From an uncultured Clostridia bacterium (GTDB lineage: Bacteria; Bacillota; Clostridia; Christensenellales; UBA1242): DNA of 64,000 nt. The stretch lies in NCBI GenBank assembly GCA_934746645.1, contig CAKVFE010000001.1:588626-652625 (forward strand). Direction: 5' to 3'. The notes beneath the pieces were generated by a model, which was not told the origin of the DNA, ran no database searches, and saw only the letters and a list, made by a program, of their open reading frames with translations. Of the stretch, positions 60,183 through 64,000 are shown one piece after another (positions within the stretch are counted from its first letter, which is position 1; every line of letters begins with the position of its first letter). The position numbers and the translations under genes are program-made.

Positions 60183-61892
60183 ATGAATATCAAATCTACA
60201 GTTCTTAATGAACTTAACAATTTAAAATTAACTTACGATTTAAGCAACTATCAAAATATGTTTGTACTTTCCAACGATGGTAAAAATGGCGATGTTTGTT
60301 TGCCTTGTTTTCCACTAGCAAAAGAGTTGAGAACATCTCCTATGGTTATTGCTAATACTCTTGCAGATGATATCAATAATGGTATTACTGAAGATATGAT
60401 TTTGGAAAAGGCAGAAGCTGTCAATGGATATCTTAACTTGTTTGTCAATAAAGAACATATTGCAAAAACTATAGTTGAAGAAATTATGGATTCAAAAGAA
60501 AATTTTGGTAAAGCAGACACCTATAAAGGCAAAACAGTAGTGCTAGATTATTCAAGTGTAAACTTGGCTAAGTATATGCATATTGGTCACTTAAAGACTA
60601 CTATCATTGGCTTAGTAATGAAAAACATTTATGAAGAGTTGGGATACAATACAGTATCTATCAACTATGTAGGTGACTATGGTACACCATTTGGAAAAAT
60701 GATTACTGCATATAAGCACTGGGGAGATAAAGAACTTATTGAAAAAACTGGTGTTGATGCAATACAAGACTTGTATGTAAGATTTAATAGAGAAGCAGAA
60801 ACCAACGAAGAACTTAACGAAGAAGCAAGAGAATGGTTTAAGCGTATTGAAGACGGAGATAAAGAAGCTAAAGAACTTAGTGATTGGATAGTTGAATTGT
60901 GTCGTGGCGAAGTTGAAAGACTTTGTGGCGAACTTGGTGCTAAGTTTGATAGCTGGCGTGGCGAAAGTTATTATAGTGATAAAATGCAACCAGTTATTGA
61001 CGAACTAAATGCAAAAGGTCTTACAAAAATAAGTGAAGGTGCATTGGTAGTTGATTTGGAAGAATATGGATTGGGTATTGCACTTATAAAAAAGAGTGAT
61101 GGTTCTAGTCTATATCTAACTAGAGATTTAGCTGCTATAGAAGATAGATATAATATGTATCATTTTGATAAAGCAGTTTATGTTACTGATGTCGCACAAA
61201 AATTGCATTTTAAACAACTGTTTAAGATTGTTGAACTTTTGGGTAAACCTTATGCCAACAAACTAGAACACATAGCTTATGGTAGATATAGTCTTCCTAC
61301 AGGCAAGATATCAAGTAGACTTGGTAAACAAGCTTTGCTTAGAGATTTACTAGAAGCAGGTGTTAATAAGAGTAAAGAAATTATGGCTGAGCGTGGTACA
61401 AAAGTTACTGACGCTGAAACAGTTTCTAAACAAGTTGCTGTTGGTGCTATATCTTTTGAAGCAACCAAATATGAAATGGTAAAAGACACAGTATATGATA
61501 TGGAAGCGTCTTTAAATTTTGATGGCGAAACAAGTCCATATATGCAATATACTTATGCTAGATGTTGTAGCATTATAGAAAAATCTAATGCAAAATTAGA
61601 TTTAAGCAAAGTAGACTATAAAGGTATTAATGACGCATCTGGTTACAACCTTATCAAACTTATCAATAAGTTCCCACAAACAGTTGTGGACGCTTACGAA
61701 AAAGTAGAACCTTGCTTTATTGTTAGACTACTTATGGATATGGCTAGCGAATTTAATAAGTTCTATACCAACAATCGTATTATTGATAACGGAGTTGTCA
61801 ATATGAACAATTTGGCTATTGTTTATGCTACAAAGATTGTATTTGAAAATGGATTTAAACTTGTTAATATCCCAGCAATTACAAAAATGTAA
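60183..61892 (+). CDS. argS: arginine--tRNA ligase
   Basis: Start at 'MNIKSTVL' (SD 'aaggaaa'). HIGH-type 'KYMHIGHL', DALR anticodon-binding domain, and a typical C-terminal Met ('ITKM'). Confidence 0.92.
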   Translation: MNIKSTVLNELNNLKLTYDLSNYQNMFVLSNDGKNGDVCLPCFPLAKELRTSPMVIANTLADDINNGITEDMILEKAEAVNGYLNLFVNKEHIAKTIVEEIMDSKENFGKADTYKGKTVVLDYSSVNLAKYMHIGHLKTTIIGLVMKNIYEELGYNTVSINYVGDYGTPFGKMITAYKHWGDKELIEKTGVDAIQDLYVRFNREAETNEELNEEAREWFKRIEDGDKEAKELSDWIVELCRGEVERLCGELGAKFDSWRGESYYSDKMQPVIDELNAKGLTKISEGALVVDLEEYGLGIALIKKSDGSSLYLTRDLAAIEDRYNMYHFDKAVYVTDVAQKLHFKQLFKIVELLGKPYANKLEHIAYGRYSLPTGKISSRLGKQALLRDLLEAGVNKSKEIMAERGTKVTDAETVSKQVAVGAISFEATKYEMVKDTVYDMEASLNFDGETSPYMQYTYARCCSIIEKSNAKLDLSKVDYKGINDASGYNLIKLINKFPQTVVDAYEKVEPCFIVRLLMDMASEFNKFYTNNRIIDNGVVNMNNLAIVYATKIVFENGFKLVNIPAITKM

Positions 61893-61938
61893 TTAATTGT
61901 TAATTGAAGATAATAGAAAACAATAAATTTAAGATAAC

Positions 61939-61976
61939 AAAAAATACCACTTTATAATTAGTGGTATTTTTGTTTT
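61939..61976. terminator. bidirectional intrinsic terminator
   Basis: AATACCAC (61943-50) / GTGGTATT (61961-68), flanked by an A-run and a T-run. Confidence 0.7.
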
Positions 61977-62024
61977 TATTTTGTGATAAGTTATCACTTA
62001 TGTTATTTAAAGTTATTAAGATAA

Positions 62025-62501
62025 TTATTTGATTATACGGTAATCCCAACACCAAGGAGTAGTTGTTTCTTTACCTTGTAATGTTGTAACAATCATATAT
62101 ATTTTTGTAACTAGTGTTAGTACCAATAGACCAATACCTACAATAACAAATATAATCATTAATGCGTGTACACCTGTTGCAGTAGATTTTACCAAAGCAC
62201 CAACCAACAATAATGTTAAACCTAAAAGGTCAAATATGTTAATTTCCAATCCTTCATTTGCGTGATGTCTTACAAATGGGCTGTTGGCATTGATAAGTAA
62301 TGGAATAAAGAATAGTATGTACGCAAGCCAAGCAATGTTTTTGTTTTTCATTGCATCTTCGCTAGGTACAAATTTTGGTTTTGAAGTTTTTGTAGTTGGT
62401 GCTACATCTTTAGGTTGTTCTGTTTCTTCTGTAGCTATTTTTTGTTTGTAGCCACCTTCTTTAACTTTAACTTCTTCGTTTTCAACTTTTTTATTTGCCA
62501 T
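62025..62501 (-). CDS. DUF4870-like small membrane protein
   Basis: Start at 'MANKKVENEE' (SD GGAGGAG). 'NIAWLAYILFFIPLL....FVRHHANEGLEINIF' fits the DUF4870 pattern. Confidence 0.6.
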   Translation of the reverse strand: MANKKVENEEVKVKEGGYKQKIATEETEQPKDVAPTTKTSKPKFVPSEDAMKNKNIAWLAYILFFIPLLINANSPFVRHHANEGLEINIFDLLGLTLLLVGALVKSTATGVHALMIIFVIVGIGLLVLTLVTKIYMIVTTLQGKETTTPWCWDYRIIK

Positions 62502-62792
62502 AAACTCCTCCTTAAACAAAAAATTATCTTAAATAATTTTTGTATTTACACTTATAGTATATTGTAAATGTGCCGGTCTTGTAAAATGATTTTTTTTATT
62601 TGGTATGTAAAGTTGTAATTAGTGTGTGCAATATGCGTGCATTATATAGATGTATCCAATTAAAGATTTATGTTTAAGTTGTCGGTATTGTATGGCAAAA
62701 CTATAGAATATGCTGGGTTACTAAAATATACTAGGTTGTATTAATTATAAAAAAATCACTCGAACTTTTTCTCCGAGTGATTTTATTTTTAA

Positions 62793-63785
62793 TTAAGCAC
62801 TTATTTTAGATGGTTGTGTAATAGTTACTGCTGATTTGTCTATGCAAGTGAATGTTTCGGTGTAGTTGGTAGTAACAGTAGCATTGATAGTAGCATTGAT
62901 AGTAGCATTGTTTGCTTTGTTGTATACTACAACATCATAAGTTTCTTCATATTGTATAGATTTAAAATTTCCTGTTTTATCAAATCTAACAGTTAGTTTA
63001 CAACTCTTGTATGAAGCAGGTGAACTTGCACCATAAGTACCTTGAATAAACTTTCCAGCTCTTGAACTGCTTTTTGAAACATCAAGTTCGGCTGTAGCTT
63101 TGTAGTCATCACTTTGTTGTTGATAGATTACGCTACTTGATTTTACACTAGAACTATTGATGATTTGAAAAGTTTGATTTGTGCTCCAACCAAATCTATC
63201 ATTTAGTCCAGCAACAGAAGTTTTGCTCCAATCTTTATTTTCTTGATTGAAGTACAACCACGCTTGAGAACCTTTTGTATATGTTTCGGTTGTATAATCT
63301 AAATCAAATAATCCGTCTAGGATATTACCTGTAACAGTGTATCTAAACCATTTTTGATTACTGTTTTGGGCACGCTCCATTTTGATATTAATGGTTTCAT
63401 TGGTTAATTTGATATTACCAATGCTTACTTTACCACTTAGTTTACCTTCGCCAGTAGCTTTAGATTGGATATTGGTGGCATCGTTAAGTTTGCCTTCTGC
63501 ATATCCATATAAAGATACGAAATTGGTAAAATCTACAGTTTGTCCATTCTTATCTGTTATGGTAGAACTATTGTTACCATTGTTGGCTTGATTGTTTTTA
63601 TTGGATTGGTCTATATCATCTTGATTGCTTTGATTTTCTTGGTTACGCTTATCTTCCATCTCTTGGTCATAAGCATCATCAAGACGCTTTAATCTTTCAT
63701 TTTTGATATATATAGAAACGCCAAATATTACACAAAACAACAACGCTGCAACTAACATAATTTTGTTTAATGTTTTACTGGTCAT
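62793..63785 (-). CDS. membrane-anchored/secreted protein (hypothetical) with short NATI tandem repeat
   Basis: Start at 'MTSKTLNKIMLVAALLFCVIFGV' (SD GAGGAG). Asn/Gln-rich linker and beta-rich body. A terminator hairpin lies at 62756-62782. Confidence 0.55.
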   Translation of the reverse strand: MTSKTLNKIMLVAALLFCVIFGVSIYIKNERLKRLDDAYDQEMEDKRNQENQSNQDDIDQSNKNNQANNGNNSSTITDKNGQTVDFTNFVSLYGYAEGKLNDATNIQSKATGEGKLSGKVSIGNIKLTNETINIKMERAQNSNQKWFRYTVTGNILDGLFDLDYTTETYTKGSQAWLYFNQENKDWSKTSVAGLNDRFGWSTNQTFQIINSSSVKSSSVIYQQQSDDYKATAELDVSKSSSRAGKFIQGTYGASSPASYKSCKLTVRFDKTGNFKSIQYEETYDVVVYNKANNATINATINATVTTNYTETFTCIDKSAVTITQPSKISA

Positions 63786-64000
63786 AGTACACTCCTCAAT
63801 TTTGATTAACATACTAATTTTACCCTTTATTTTGTTGTATGTCAATACCCAATTATTGTTTAAATTGATTTATATATATTATTTATTATGATAATATATT
63901 AGTAGATTAACCATTATAATGGTTATTAATTAGAGATTTTGGCGCTTGCCAATAAAATGAGTTGATAAATTGTTATTAATGTAGTGGTTAATTGTGGGTT

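Overview
This is a visibly AT-rich chromosomal segment that uses the standard genetic code (TGA is a stop, e.g. rnpA ends ATGA overlapping the yidD start). It looks like a low-GC Bacillota-type bacterium and spans the replication origin. All calls come from reading motifs by eye; no searches or computations were run.

The core is gyrA(-) gyrB(-) glmS(-) | recF(+) dnaA(+) [oriC] dnaN(+) unknown rpmH rnpA yidD yidC jag mnmE GNAT mnmG rsmG parA parB, then cvpA(-), yyaC, ftsH, ychF(-), uppP and argS. The left 26 kb holds housekeeping and accessory genes: a TetR-controlled ABC exporter, HAD, GNAT and Nudix enzymes, lipoproteins, a beta-helix surface protein, a HicBA pair, a ferritin-like protein, a Ca2+/cation antiporter and an M20-peptidase/hisS operon. 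I found no rRNA, tRNA, CRISPR array, transposase or integrase.

Most interesting observations:
1. A 12-codon leader ORF with three consecutive His codons, followed by overlapping 1:2/2:3/3:4 hairpins and a strong terminator, lies upstream of the M20-peptidase/hisS operon. This looks like a ribosome-mediated His attenuator where a T-box would be expected.
2. The mnmG-rsmG-parA-parB-cvpA stretch (46.3-52.6 kb) is about 62 percent non-coding. It carries three perfect parS palindromes plus several other exactly repeated motifs of unknown function: TGCAAATTTTGCA x3, ATATGCGTCTA-type x5, TATCAGATATA x3 and a GCGACTTTCGT element.
3. oriC lies in the dnaA-dnaN spacer, with DnaA boxes, a GC cluster, (TAA)4 trios and an AT tract.
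4. The origin synteny is strongly rearranged, and recF is probably leaderless.
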